A stretch of 62,011 bases of DNA from Endomicrobiaceae bacterium (GCA_045586665.1 JAZNAT010000160.1:1-62011), one strand, 5' to 3'. Positions 39,957-48,868 are shown, counted from the stretch's first letter. The notes: a model not told the origin generated them from the letters alone. Numbers and translations are program-made.

Positions 39957-40949
39957 TTGATTATTTGGGAAAAATTTAAAAAAAATATTCTTGACAACAA
40001 ACTTGTCGTTTCCGGTGATAAAATTTTACTTGCAGTTTCCGGAGGTGCAGATTCAATAGTTATGACAAGCTTGTTCTGCATGTTAAAAAAAATAATGAAC
40101 ATAGAGCTCGTTGTCGTAAATTTTAACCACAATTTGAGAAAGGAATCCGTAAAAGAAGCGGAAATCGTTAAAAAGTTTGCTTCGGATTTGAAAATAGAGT
40201 GTGTGTTGAAAGATTTGAAAACCGAAGAATATGCGCTGCGTCAAAACATTTCCGTAGAAACTGCCGGAAGACAATTGAGATATCTTGAGCTTGAAAATGT
40301 TGCAAAACAATATAAGTGCAACAAAATTGCTACGGCTCACAATATGAACGATAATGCGGAAACAGTTTTGATGTGGCTTTTAAGGGGGACAGGTACCGAA
40401 GGGTTATGCGGAATTCCCATAACAAGAAAAATAAATAAAAACTTGTCGATAATAAGACCTCTTTTGTCCGTATCAAGAGACTTGATAGACGGTTTCGTAA
40501 AAGAAAAAAATATAAAGTTCTGTACTGACAAAAGCAATTTTAAATGTGATTATACGAGAAATAAAATAAGGTTGAAAATTTTGCCGCAACTGGAAAAAAT
40601 AAATCCTTCCGTCGTGGAACATATGTACAATTTGTCGTGCATAATCAAAGAAGAAATTTCTTATTTTAAAGATAAGACGGATGCTTTTATATCAAAAAAC
40701 GTAAAAATAACGGCAAAAAAAATTCTGCTTGTCTTGAAACCGTTTTATAAACAGGATAAAATTTTTCAATATAGAATTTTAAAAGAAGTTCTGCCAGATA
40801 AAAAAAGAGCGGTTCACATAAACGGTATTATTTCTTGGTTGAAAAAAGGCAAGGAAAAAAGTTATCTTCTTTCAAAAAACTGGACGATTAAAAAAAGTAA
40901 AAACGAACTTGTTTTTATAAATAAAGAAAATAGAAAAAACAAAAAATGA
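39957..40949 (+). CDS. tilS: tRNA(Ile)-lysidine synthetase (short form)
   Basis: PP-loop 'LLAVSGGADS', 'ATAHNMNDNAETVLM'. TTG start 9 nt after GGGAG. Confidence 0.85.
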   Translation: MIIWEKFKKNILDNKLVVSGDKILLAVSGGADSIVMTSLFCMLKKIMNIELVVVNFNHNLRKESVKEAEIVKKFASDLKIECVLKDLKTEEYALRQNISVETAGRQLRYLELENVAKQYKCNKIATAHNMNDNAETVLMWLLRGTGTEGLCGIPITRKINKNLSIIRPLLSVSRDLIDGFVKEKNIKFCTDKSNFKCDYTRNKIRLKILPQLEKINPSVVEHMYNLSCIIKEEISYFKDKTDAFISKNVKITAKKILLVLKPFYKQDKIFQYRILKEVLPDKKRAVHINGIISWLKKGKEKSYLLSKNWTIKKSKNELVFINKENRKNKK

Positions 40950-40953
40950 TTTT

Positions 40954-41655
40954 CTATTCTTCTTTAAGAACGGGTAATTGAACCGTTACCGTCGTACCTT
41001 TGTCTTGTTGACTGCAAATGTCAATTGTTCCGTTATGCATTTGTATTATTTGAAGTGCAACCGTAAGTCCCATACCGACGGCTTTTGCAAGTTTTGTCGA
41101 AAACATCGGATCAAAACACTGTTCAAGCGTGTTTTCGTCCATACCGATACCGGCATCACAAATCGTTACTGAAATATTATCGTTTTCAAGTTTTGTTTCC
41201 AATTTTATCGTTCCCGAGTTTTGTAAAGCGTCTTCGGCATTTTTTATTATGTTGGAAAATACCTGCTTCAATCTGTCTTTGTCGCCGTATACTTTTACGG
41301 GCAGTAATTTTTTTTCAAAAACTATACCGCTGCATTCGACGTCGCTTACCGCTTGTAAAATTATGTCCTGCAGATTGCATGACGTTTTTGTCAGTTGCTT
41401 TACTCTGGTCATATCCAAAACTTCCGTTATTCTTTTGTTAAGGTTTACGACTTCGGTTGCCAAAAGGTCAAGCATTCTTTTTTGATTTTCGTTTTCGGGT
41501 TTTACTGTCCTCGAAAGATAATAAGATATGTTTGACAGTCCGCCCACGACATTTTTTAAATCGTGGGAAGCAACAGACGCAAATTTTGCGATGACTTTGT
41601 TTTTTTCGGAGTTGAGCTGTTTTTTTGTAAGAGTATAAACTTTTTCTTCTGTCAT
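40954..41655 (-). CDS. soluble histidine kinase (DHp + HATPase only, no sensor domain)
   Basis: H-box 'FASVASHDLKN', N-box 'NIIKNAEDAL', G1 'DAGIGM', F 'FDPMFSTK', G2 'GMGLTVA'. 233 aa with no TM segment. Confidence 0.85.
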   Translation of the reverse strand: MTEEKVYTLTKKQLNSEKNKVIAKFASVASHDLKNVVGGLSNISYYLSRTVKPENENQKRMLDLLATEVVNLNKRITEVLDMTRVKQLTKTSCNLQDIILQAVSDVECSGIVFEKKLLPVKVYGDKDRLKQVFSNIIKNAEDALQNSGTIKLETKLENDNISVTICDAGIGMDENTLEQCFDPMFSTKLAKAVGMGLTVALQIIQMHNGTIDICSQQDKGTTVTVQLPVLKEE

Positions 41656-41656
41656 T

Positions 41657-42718
41657 TTATTTTCCTGTAATTTTGTTTATCAGTTTTATTACTTCTTCCA
41701 TTTCAAAAGGTTTGGTAATATAAAAATATCCTTTTTGTTTCAACGCTTCCAACTCTTTGTCGTCGTTTAAAATATATACCGTGCCTATGTTAGGAAAATC
41801 TTTTTTTATTTTTTCCTGAACATCAAAGATATTGGTTTCTATTTTAACGTCAATTAAAATGGCGTCGAAAAAAGATTCTTTTAGTTCATGAATCAATTTT
41901 TGCGAGTTTGAGTAAGATATTATGTGGAACCCGCTTTCTGTAAGTTTTTGATGAAGTTCTTCAAATTCTTGAGAATTCATATTGACCATACCGACGGTAG
42001 GCTTTCTTTTTTCTTTACCCAAAATTTTAAAAATTTGAGAAACGTTCAACGGCAGATTCAAAAAATTCGTTATGCCGATTTTTTTAGCCTCTTCAATTAA
42101 TGCCGTATTTTCTTTCCCGGTAACCAATATTGAGTCCGGTATTTCGGGTAATGTTTCTTTAAGTTTTTTTAAATCGGATAAAGTTTGTTCGTTGTCGGTA
42201 TTGGTTCCTATAATTAAAATATCAGGTCTGTGTTTTGACATAAAACCTATTTTGTCAATTGCGCAGTTGGCAACGTTCAAACCGCAGTTTTTTAAAGAAT
42301 TTAAAAATTGTACGTTTATTTTTGCTCCATTGTCTATTACGACGGCAAAGGGTCTTGTTGTAATATCTTTTATAGTTGACAGTATTGTATTTATTTCAAA
42401 AGGTTTGCTTATACAGGCAAAAGCTCCGGAATTGAGTGCGTTTACGATTAAATCGTTAAGAGCGTAAGCCGTCATCATAACGCCTATAATATCGGGTTTG
42501 ATTTTTTTTATTTCTTTAAACGTTTCGTCTCCGGTCATGCCGGGCATTCTTATATCCGAAAATATTATGTCAAAATCTTCCTGTTTTGCAAGTTCTATGG
42601 CTTTATAACCGTTTTCCGCCGTTTTTACTTCGTATCCTTCCAACTCCAAAATACTAGCCAGCGACAGCCTTAAAGAATCTTCGTCGTCAACAATTAAAAT
42701 TTTTAATTTATCGTTCAT
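41657..42718 (-). CDS. response-regulator-like protein: one canonical REC plus two degenerate REC-like modules, no output domain
   Basis: REC1: 'ILIVDDED', 'IIFSDIRMPGMTG', 'MMTAY', 'ISKPF'. The middle module ('VVIDNG...ILIIGTN...LVTG...NLPL') lacks the acidic pocket, the phospho-Asp and the Lys. The C-terminal module keeps 'ILIDV' and 'ITKPF'. Confidence 0.75.
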   Translation of the reverse strand: MNDKLKILIVDDEDSLRLSLASILELEGYEVKTAENGYKAIELAKQEDFDIIFSDIRMPGMTGDETFKEIKKIKPDIIGVMMTAYALNDLIVNALNSGAFACISKPFEINTILSTIKDITTRPFAVVIDNGAKINVQFLNSLKNCGLNVANCAIDKIGFMSKHRPDILIIGTNTDNEQTLSDLKKLKETLPEIPDSILVTGKENTALIEEAKKIGITNFLNLPLNVSQIFKILGKEKRKPTVGMVNMNSQEFEELHQKLTESGFHIISYSNSQKLIHELKESFFDAILIDVKIETNIFDVQEKIKKDFPNIGTVYILNDDKELEALKQKGYFYITKPFEMEEVIKLINKITGK

Positions 42719-42730
42719 AATATCGTGCTC

Positions 42731-44362
42731 CTATTGCAATGGTAATTCTATTCTAAATGTTGTTCCTACGTCTTTTATGCTTGTTGCGGTTATTTTACCT
42801 TGATGTGCGTCTATAATTTCTTTTGCTATCGGAAGACCTAAACCTATTCCTTTTAATTTTGTCGTAAACAGCGGCTCAAATAAGTGGGATAACGTTTCTT
42901 CGCTCATACCGCAAGCGTTATCTTCAACAAATATTTGACAAACGTTACCTTCGGTGCGGGCAGTTACTTTTATCAATCCGTCACGTTTGTCGGCGGGCAT
43001 TGCGTCTCTGGCGTTTGTAATAAGATTTATTAAAACCTGAGTGATTTTATCCGGATCAAGCATTACGGTAAAATCTTCAAGTTCGGTTACGATTTTAACG
43101 TTTTCCGGCATCGGAATTTCCGGTAAGACTTTGTTTATAAACGGTATTATTTCAATTGCAAGTTTGGTTAATTTTTTTATTCTGGAATAGTCAAGAAGTT
43201 CTGTTATTATTTTGTTTGCTCTCAATACTTCGTCGGAAAGCATTTTTACCATCATTTTTGATTTGTCGTCATCAAAATTGTGCATTCTCGAAAGAAAATA
43301 AGAAATGTTTTTTATTGCAGCCAGCGGATTTCTCAATTCGTGGGCGACGGATGACGCAAGTCTACCGATGGTTGCGAATTTTTCCGCTCTAACCAAATCC
43401 TGTTGTATTATTTGAACCTTTTTCAGCGTTTCTTCCAGTTCGTTGCTTCTTTGTTCAAAAGCGATTTTAAGTCGCATCAATTCTCTTTTTTCCAAGTTTA
43501 ATTCTCTTATGTGTGTTTCCATATCCTGTGCCATGGAATTGAACGAATTTGCAAGTTCTTTAAACTCGTCTTTTGAATTTATTGAAACTCTGTACTCCAA
43601 ATCGCCCGATGAAATTTTTTGAGTTCCGAGCATAAGTTCTTTTATAGGAGTAAGTATTATTTTAACAAGGAAAAAAGAAATTATTATACCGGCAAGAATA
43701 ACTATAAGAGTTAAAAAGACGATACTTTTTGTCATCTTTTCTATCTGATAATTTATTCTGTCAAGAGTAATACCTATTCTTACGGCTCCTATTACGGTTT
43801 CTTCATCGTATTTTATGTTTACCGGAATAGCGTCTTCTTTATAAGAAGAAATCGGAGCACCGATTTTAGTGCTTATAATTGACATTGAAGCTGCAGGAAT
43901 ATATTCAAAAGAAGAAATCGGTACTACAATATCTATGAATTCTCCCATATTTTTTATTTTGCCCGTATGTTTTTTTAATTTTTCTTTTTCCAGATTTTTT
44001 ATTTCTTCGGACTCAAGAGGGGAAGAAAATATATATTTTTCCACATTGTCGTCTGCAACTGTTTCTATTGCAAGAGGGTTGCCGTTGGTGCCGTATACTA
44101 TTGAATATAAAACGTCTTCTTCTTTTAAAGTGTTTTTTGTAAGAAGCGATAAAAATTCTTTACTGTTGGTAGCAACACCGTATTCGCTTGAGGATGCAAG
44201 AGAATTTGCTAAAATTATCGCCCTGTTTTCTATCGAACCTTTTAAAATCAGAGCTTGCCCGGCAATAAAAAAACAAGACAAAATAACAGCTGTCAATATT
44301 ATGATGGATGATATTACTATTATAACTTTAAAGTTTAAACTGAAACTTATTTTCTTAGACAT
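42731..44362 (-). CDS. membrane sensor histidine kinase (2 TM, extracytoplasmic domain, HAMP)
   Basis: TM1 at about aa 12-34. An extracytoplasmic domain of about 170-190 aa, then TM2. HAMP 'PIKELMLGTQKISSGDLEYRV...FNSM'. H-box 'SSVAHELRNPL', N-box 'NLITNARDAM', 'DNACGM', 'GIGLGLPIA'. Confidence 0.9.
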   Translation of the reverse strand: MSKKISFSLNFKVIIVISSIIILTAVILSCFFIAGQALILKGSIENRAIILANSLASSSEYGVATNSKEFLSLLTKNTLKEEDVLYSIVYGTNGNPLAIETVADDNVEKYIFSSPLESEEIKNLEKEKLKKHTGKIKNMGEFIDIVVPISSFEYIPAASMSIISTKIGAPISSYKEDAIPVNIKYDEETVIGAVRIGITLDRINYQIEKMTKSIVFLTLIVILAGIIISFFLVKIILTPIKELMLGTQKISSGDLEYRVSINSKDEFKELANSFNSMAQDMETHIRELNLEKRELMRLKIAFEQRSNELEETLKKVQIIQQDLVRAEKFATIGRLASSVAHELRNPLAAIKNISYFLSRMHNFDDDKSKMMVKMLSDEVLRANKIITELLDYSRIKKLTKLAIEIIPFINKVLPEIPMPENVKIVTELEDFTVMLDPDKITQVLINLITNARDAMPADKRDGLIKVTARTEGNVCQIFVEDNACGMSEETLSHLFEPLFTTKLKGIGLGLPIAKEIIDAHQGKITATSIKDVGTTFRIELPLQ

Positions 44363-44389
44363 AACATTTTCTTTTCAGGAAAGCTTAAA

Positions 44390-44462
44390 AGCCGACGAAA
44401 GGACTTGAACCTTCGACCGACGGTTTACAAAACCGTTGCTCTACCAACTGAGCTACGTCGGC
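44390..44462 (-). tRNA. tRNA-Thr (anticodon UGU)
   Basis: The reverse complement gives a 73-nt cloverleaf: acceptor GCCGACG/CGTCGGC, D arm GCTC-AGTTGGTA-GAGC, anticodon stem ACGGT/ACCGT with loop TTTGTAA, T arm GAAGG-TTCAAGT-CCTTT. Confidence 0.9.
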
Positions 44463-44485
44463 AAAATATTTTTATTATTTATAAG

Positions 44486-44514
44486 AGAATACTAAAAATT
44501 TATTAGTTTGTCAA
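44486..44514 (-). promoter_or_regulatory. sigma-70-type promoter upstream of tRNA-Thr (and possibly the kinase operon)
   Basis: On the minus strand: TTGACA, 17 nt, TATTCT. Lies about 23 nt upstream of the tRNA 5' end. Confidence 0.5.
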
Positions 44515-44588
44515 TTAAAAAGGGGTTATGTTTATTAAGTAAAAAAATGTATAATATAAATCGAAAATAATAATTAAGGATAATAAAA

Positions 44589-45644
44589 ATGATAAAACAG
44601 TTAAACGCAACCGTTTTTGTATTTATATTTGTTTTTTGTTTTGTACAGATGGGTTTTTCCGATTTCGTTATAGGTTTATACGGTGTAAAAACCGAACAGG
44701 ACGTTATTGCGGCAAAAGAAGCGGGTTTTAACTGTGTTCAAACGTATGTACGCGAACCGGAAACGATAAAAGTCATATGTAAACAAGCTGCGAAAAACGA
44801 TATGACTGTACTTGCTTATCCCGATAAAATAATATCTTCAAAATATAAAGAAGAAGCGCTTTCTTATCCGATAAAAGCGTGGTATCTTTTTGACGAACCT
44901 GACGTTTGGAACTTTTCAAGAGAAAATTTGATTTCTTTAAACAAAAGCGTAAAAGAAATATATCCGCAAGACAAAACTGTTTTTGTTATAGGAGAAGGTT
45001 TTACGAAAACTCCATATTATGATATTGCCGATATTTTGATGGTGGACTGGTATCCGGTCCCGCATTTGCCGCTTGAGAGTTTAGGTGAAAACGTCGCTCT
45101 TGCAAAACAAGGGCTTATTATGAGTGCTCAGGACGATAAACCATTATGGGCGGTAATACAAATTTTCGATTGGAAACAGTATAAACAATATAGAAAAGAT
45201 AACGACAGAATAGGACGTTTTCCGAAAAAAGAAGAAATAAGATTTATGTCGTATGACGCGATTTTTAACGGTGCGTCGGGACTTTTTTATTTTACGTGCT
45301 ATTGTAACGGAAAACCTTTGTTTGAAGATAAACCGAAAGAATGGTCAAACGTTTTTGACGTGATACAGGAAATTTCTTTTGTTGCCGAAATTAAAGATAA
45401 CGGTAAAAAAATAGACAATCCGGTACAGATAAAAGAACCGTTAAAAGCCGAAAGTTACGAGTATGGCGGTATAAAATATACGTTTGTTATAAATCCGACG
45501 CCGAAAAGACAAAGCCTTCCGCCTGTTTTTTTTGAACCGAAATTTGACGTTATGTATGAAAAAAGTACAAATTTAAGAAAGAATATAAGAAAAGCTAAAA
45601 ACAATTTCAAACCGTATAAAGTTTTTGCTTTCAGATACGAGTAA
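44589..45644 (+). CDS. secreted protein, glycoside-hydrolase-like TIM barrel (family not assignable by eye)
   Basis: N-terminal hydrophobic signal or anchor. 'NCVQTY', 'WYLFDEPD' (a clan GH-A-like acid/base context), 'VDWYP', 'WAVIQIF' strands. Confidence 0.45.
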   Translation: MIKQLNATVFVFIFVFCFVQMGFSDFVIGLYGVKTEQDVIAAKEAGFNCVQTYVREPETIKVICKQAAKNDMTVLAYPDKIISSKYKEEALSYPIKAWYLFDEPDVWNFSRENLISLNKSVKEIYPQDKTVFVIGEGFTKTPYYDIADILMVDWYPVPHLPLESLGENVALAKQGLIMSAQDDKPLWAVIQIFDWKQYKQYRKDNDRIGRFPKKEEIRFMSYDAIFNGASGLFYFTCYCNGKPLFEDKPKEWSNVFDVIQEISFVAEIKDNGKKIDNPVQIKEPLKAESYEYGGIKYTFVINPTPKRQSLPPVFFEPKFDVMYEKSTNLRKNIRKAKNNFKPYKVFAFRYE

Positions 45645-45712
45645 AAAGCCTTGACAAAAATCTTTGTTTTTATAATAATATGTGCAAGTTTTTTATTTTA
45701 AGAGGTTTTATT

Positions 45713-46237
45713 ATGAGAAAAATTTTTTTGATTTGTGCTTTTTTCTTGGCTTGCTCGTCCGCGTTAATGGCGGAAATTATCGTAAATGCAGAAGGTAAAG
45801 TTCAGAAGTATCCCGACGGAAGTACTTTGAATGTCGTTGCCGCGAAGAATTTGATAATCGATTATTACGGCATAAAAATTTTCGTTCCCAAAGGGGAAAG
45901 GCTTTCCATAAGATGTTCCGAAGCCGACGAAAGTAATGCGGTTTATTGTTCCGGAGAAAATTTTAAAAACATAAAAATCGGTTCCGACACCATATATTCG
46001 GATAAACCGGTATCTTTCGTTATAACTCCTAACGGAGAAATGACGGTGGAAAAAGGTAATTTGGTAGTTACCGACCAAAAAGGAAATGTTGCCATATTGG
46101 AACAGGGTAATTCTTATAAAGTTGACGTAGCTTTAAATCCCAGCGATTCTTTCGTTCCGGTAAGCGTTACTAAAGAAGAAGCGTACGAACAAGTAGAAAA
46201 AGATATTGTTTTAAGTCCTTCCGCACCAAGAAATTAA
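45713..46237 (+). CDS. lipoprotein of unknown function
   Basis: Lipobox 'FFLAC'. An AAGAGG RBS precedes ATG 45713, so track ORF 45680 was trimmed. Beta-rich sequence with no recognisable motif. Confidence 0.6.
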   Translation: MRKIFLICAFFLACSSALMAEIIVNAEGKVQKYPDGSTLNVVAAKNLIIDYYGIKIFVPKGERLSIRCSEADESNAVYCSGENFKNIKIGSDTIYSDKPVSFVITPNGEMTVEKGNLVVTDQKGNVAILEQGNSYKVDVALNPSDSFVPVSVTKEEAYEQVEKDIVLSPSAPRN

Positions 46238-46342
46238 ACAGAGTAAGTGGAGTACTTTCTTTGACTTTTTTTTACATTGTTCAATCGATTGTTATTTATA
46301 AAAGTTAAAGTTAAAAAGATTTTTATTTTAGGAGTGTCGTAA

Positions 46343-47470
46343 ATGAAAAAGTTAGTTTTTTTGGTTATGTTGTGTTTTGTTGCAGTAAACGCTTATGCGG
46401 ACAAACCGTTACAATTTATAGTTTCCGAGGATATAAGTTATGATGACAATATTTATTTAACCGACGGAAACAAGACTTCATCGGCAATAAGTTCGACACA
46501 GTTGTTTGCAAAATATTTGAATACCATTCCGAACTCGAGTTTGAAATTCGGCGCAAATGCGAATATAGGTTACAATGCATACAGTGAAGCTCCCGCCAAA
46601 AACGATTATATGAATGCCGGTTTAGGCGTAAATTTAAGTAACAGCAAATTCTTTTTGGAAGATAAGTTCGTATATACGGCAGACCCGGCAACATCCGAAT
46701 TGTCGGACAGAGCAAAAAGAATAAATAATTTTGCTTCTTTCAGATTTAAAACGTCTTTGGAAAGAATGTTTTCAATAGCTCTTATCGCATCCGACTCTTT
46801 GGACAGATACCAAGAAGCCGAGTATGAAGCTTTAAACAGAAATCGTTTCAATGCCGGAGCTCAGCTGCATTATAACGTTTCGTCAAAAACGTCGATTTAT
46901 GCAGGATATTTGTTTTCCGCAATAAACTATGAAAAAAATAAAAACAACAATTCTTTCGGTAACAGTTTTAATTTGGGCGTTAACGGAAACGTTACACAAA
47001 AAATCAAAGGAACGGCGCAGGTTTCTTACGATATGAGAGATTATGATACCGATATTGCCGGAATGGAGAAAAAAGGCGAACTTTTCGGATATCTCGTTTC
47101 TTTAGCGTATGAGCCTACAACTAAAAATTCAGTAAAACTTTTCGGTGAAAGAAAAATGGAAGAAACGATAACCGTAAATAACAGATATTACGTATCTACG
47201 GAAGTCGGGTTGGAATATAAACAGAAAGTTTATAATGACAAATGGTCGGTCGCTCTTTTAACGTCTTATGAAAACTTGTCTTATCCTGAAAAAATCGGCG
47301 ACGTTGACAGGGCAGACGATTTGTTTAAAGTAAAACCGTCGGTTGAATATAAGTTCAGAGAAAATTTGTTTGCAAGTTTGTGGTACCAGTTCAGAAATAA
47401 ATCTTCCAATTATGACGGTGCAGAATATACGAATAATAAAGTAGGCGTGCAGGTAAAATTTACTTTTTAA
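46343..47470 (+). CDS. outer-membrane beta-barrel protein (resembles the OmpL-like / beta-barrel porin-2 type found in exopolysaccharide loci)
   Basis: Signal peptide ending 'VNAYA'. 'SYDDNIYL' near the N-terminus, alternating beta-strand pattern, C-terminal 'VGVQVKFTF' ending in Phe. Confidence 0.6.
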   Translation: MKKLVFLVMLCFVAVNAYADKPLQFIVSEDISYDDNIYLTDGNKTSSAISSTQLFAKYLNTIPNSSLKFGANANIGYNAYSEAPAKNDYMNAGLGVNLSNSKFFLEDKFVYTADPATSELSDRAKRINNFASFRFKTSLERMFSIALIASDSLDRYQEAEYEALNRNRFNAGAQLHYNVSSKTSIYAGYLFSAINYEKNKNNNSFGNSFNLGVNGNVTQKIKGTAQVSYDMRDYDTDIAGMEKKGELFGYLVSLAYEPTTKNSVKLFGERKMEETITVNNRYYVSTEVGLEYKQKVYNDKWSVALLTSYENLSYPEKIGDVDRADDLFKVKPSVEYKFRENLFASLWYQFRNKSSNYDGAEYTNNKVGVQVKFTF

Positions 47471-47477
47471 AAAATAA

Positions 47478-47924
47478 TTATTTGATTTTTTTATAAAGAA
47501 TTGAAATCAAATCTTTAAGTTTGAAGGCGGCTCTTTCAAAGGAGCCGCCTTCAAGATTTATAGGATCTTTTACATCTGCGTTATCGTTTGAAACATAATC
47601 GGAAAGTAAAAATATTTTATCGGAAAACTCTGCGTATTTGTCGATGATTTCCGATAACTGGTTTTTTGTCATAACGAAAATCAGGTCGCTGGAACTTAAA
47701 TCGTTTTTGCCGTATTGAGTCGGCGTATGATGCTTGTAATCGATTCCGTTTTTCAGTAAAAAATTTTTTATTTTTTGCGGAACTTCAACGTCCGGTAAAG
47801 CATAAGTTCCTCTTGAAATTACTTCAATGTCGCCTCTTGCGTCTTTTGCAATTAAATTTTTTAAAAGTTCTTGAGAAATAAAACTTCTGCAAATGTTTGC
47901 GTGGCAGATAAAACATATTTTCAT
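47478..47924 (-). CDS. low-molecular-weight protein-tyrosine phosphatase (Wzb-like)
   Basis: P-loop 'CFICHANICRS' (C-X5-R-S) at the N-terminus and a 'DVKDP' general-acid loop. 148 aa. Confidence 0.85.
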   Translation of the reverse strand: MKICFICHANICRSFISQELLKNLIAKDARGDIEVISRGTYALPDVEVPQKIKNFLLKNGIDYKHHTPTQYGKNDLSSSDLIFVMTKNQLSEIIDKYAEFSDKIFLLSDYVSNDNADVKDPINLEGGSFERAAFKLKDLISILYKKIK

Positions 47925-47955
47925 AGTAAAGTAATATTACAAAATTAAATTTTTA

Positions 47956-47984
47956 TTGTAAATAAAATTTATTTTTTATATAAT
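47956..47984 (+). promoter_or_regulatory. sigma-70-type promoter of nadC
   Basis: TTGTAA (47956-47961), 17 nt, TATAAT (47979-47984). The ATG lies only 9 nt after the -10 element. Confidence 0.55.
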
Positions 47985-47993
47985 TAAAAAGTT

Positions 47994-48851
47994 ATGAATA
48001 TTATAAAAGATATTGACAAAATAGTTACGCTTGCACTTAACGAAGATTGCGCTTATAACGACGTAACTTCAAAAAGTCTTTCTTTAAAAGGTAAAAATGC
48101 ATCTGCCGTTTTAATAGCCAAAGATAACGGAATTTTGTGCGGAACGGATGCTTTCAAACACGTCCTTTTGAGATTAAGTAAAAAATTTGAATTTAAAACT
48201 TTTAAAAAAGACGGAGACAAACTTAAAAAAGGCGATATAATATTGAAAGTTAAAGGTCCTGCGGCCGAACTTCTTGCCGGCGAAAGAACTGCGCTTAATT
48301 TTATACAGAAACTTTCGGGAATATCTACAACTACCAACAAGTTCGTTTCTTTGGTAAAAGGTTCAAAAACTGCAATTATCGATACAAGAAAAACCCTTCC
48401 CGGATTTAGAAACGTATCAAAATATGCCGTTAGGTGCGGCGGCGGGAAAAACCATAGAATGAACTTGTCCGATATGGTTCTTATAAAAGATAATCATTTG
48501 GCTTTAATAGACAATCTTACTGAAAAAATAAAACAAATCAGAAAAAAATATAAAAAACTTTCAATTCTTATAGAATGTGAAAAAGAAAAACAGGTCAAAA
48601 ATGCAATAAATGCCCAAGCCGACATTATAATGCTTGATAATATGAAACAAAATCAGCTGAAAAAAATGGTCAAATTTATAAGAGATAACTCGACATCAAC
48701 TTATAAGCCTTTAATAGAAATTTCAGGCGGAGTGAATTTTAAAACAATAAAAAATTATGCTAAGTTGGGGATTGAAAGAATTTCCATCGGTATGATAACT
48801 CATTCTGCTCCGTCGTTGGACATATCTTTGGAAGTTGAAATCCATAAATAA
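47994..48851 (+). CDS. nadC: nicotinate-nucleotide pyrophosphorylase (carboxylating)
   Basis: 'LNEDCAYNDVTS', 'AGERTALNF', 'DTRKT.PG.R...KYAV..GGG..HR', 'IMLDN', 'EISGG'. Confidence 0.9.
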   Translation: MNIIKDIDKIVTLALNEDCAYNDVTSKSLSLKGKNASAVLIAKDNGILCGTDAFKHVLLRLSKKFEFKTFKKDGDKLKKGDIILKVKGPAAELLAGERTALNFIQKLSGISTTTNKFVSLVKGSKTAIIDTRKTLPGFRNVSKYAVRCGGGKNHRMNLSDMVLIKDNHLALIDNLTEKIKQIRKKYKKLSILIECEKEKQVKNAINAQADIIMLDNMKQNQLKKMVKFIRDNSTSTYKPLIEISGGVNFKTIKNYAKLGIERISIGMITHSAPSLDISLEVEIHK

Positions 48852-48868
48852 TTTTACCGGAAAACAAA

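Noticed and set aside
39827-39982. Small ORF of about 51 codons in the tRNA-Gln/tilS spacer ('MVHLQFSQKIGSQK...').
   Set aside because: It has no RBS, overlaps the tilS start in another frame and has low-complexity AT-driven composition.
39580-44462. tRNA-flanked segment (tRNA-Gln ... tilS, kinase operon ... tRNA-Thr), considered as a genomic island.
   Set aside because: There is no integrase, no transposase and no direct repeat of a tRNA 3' end. tilS is a core gene, and the tRNAs have their own promoters.
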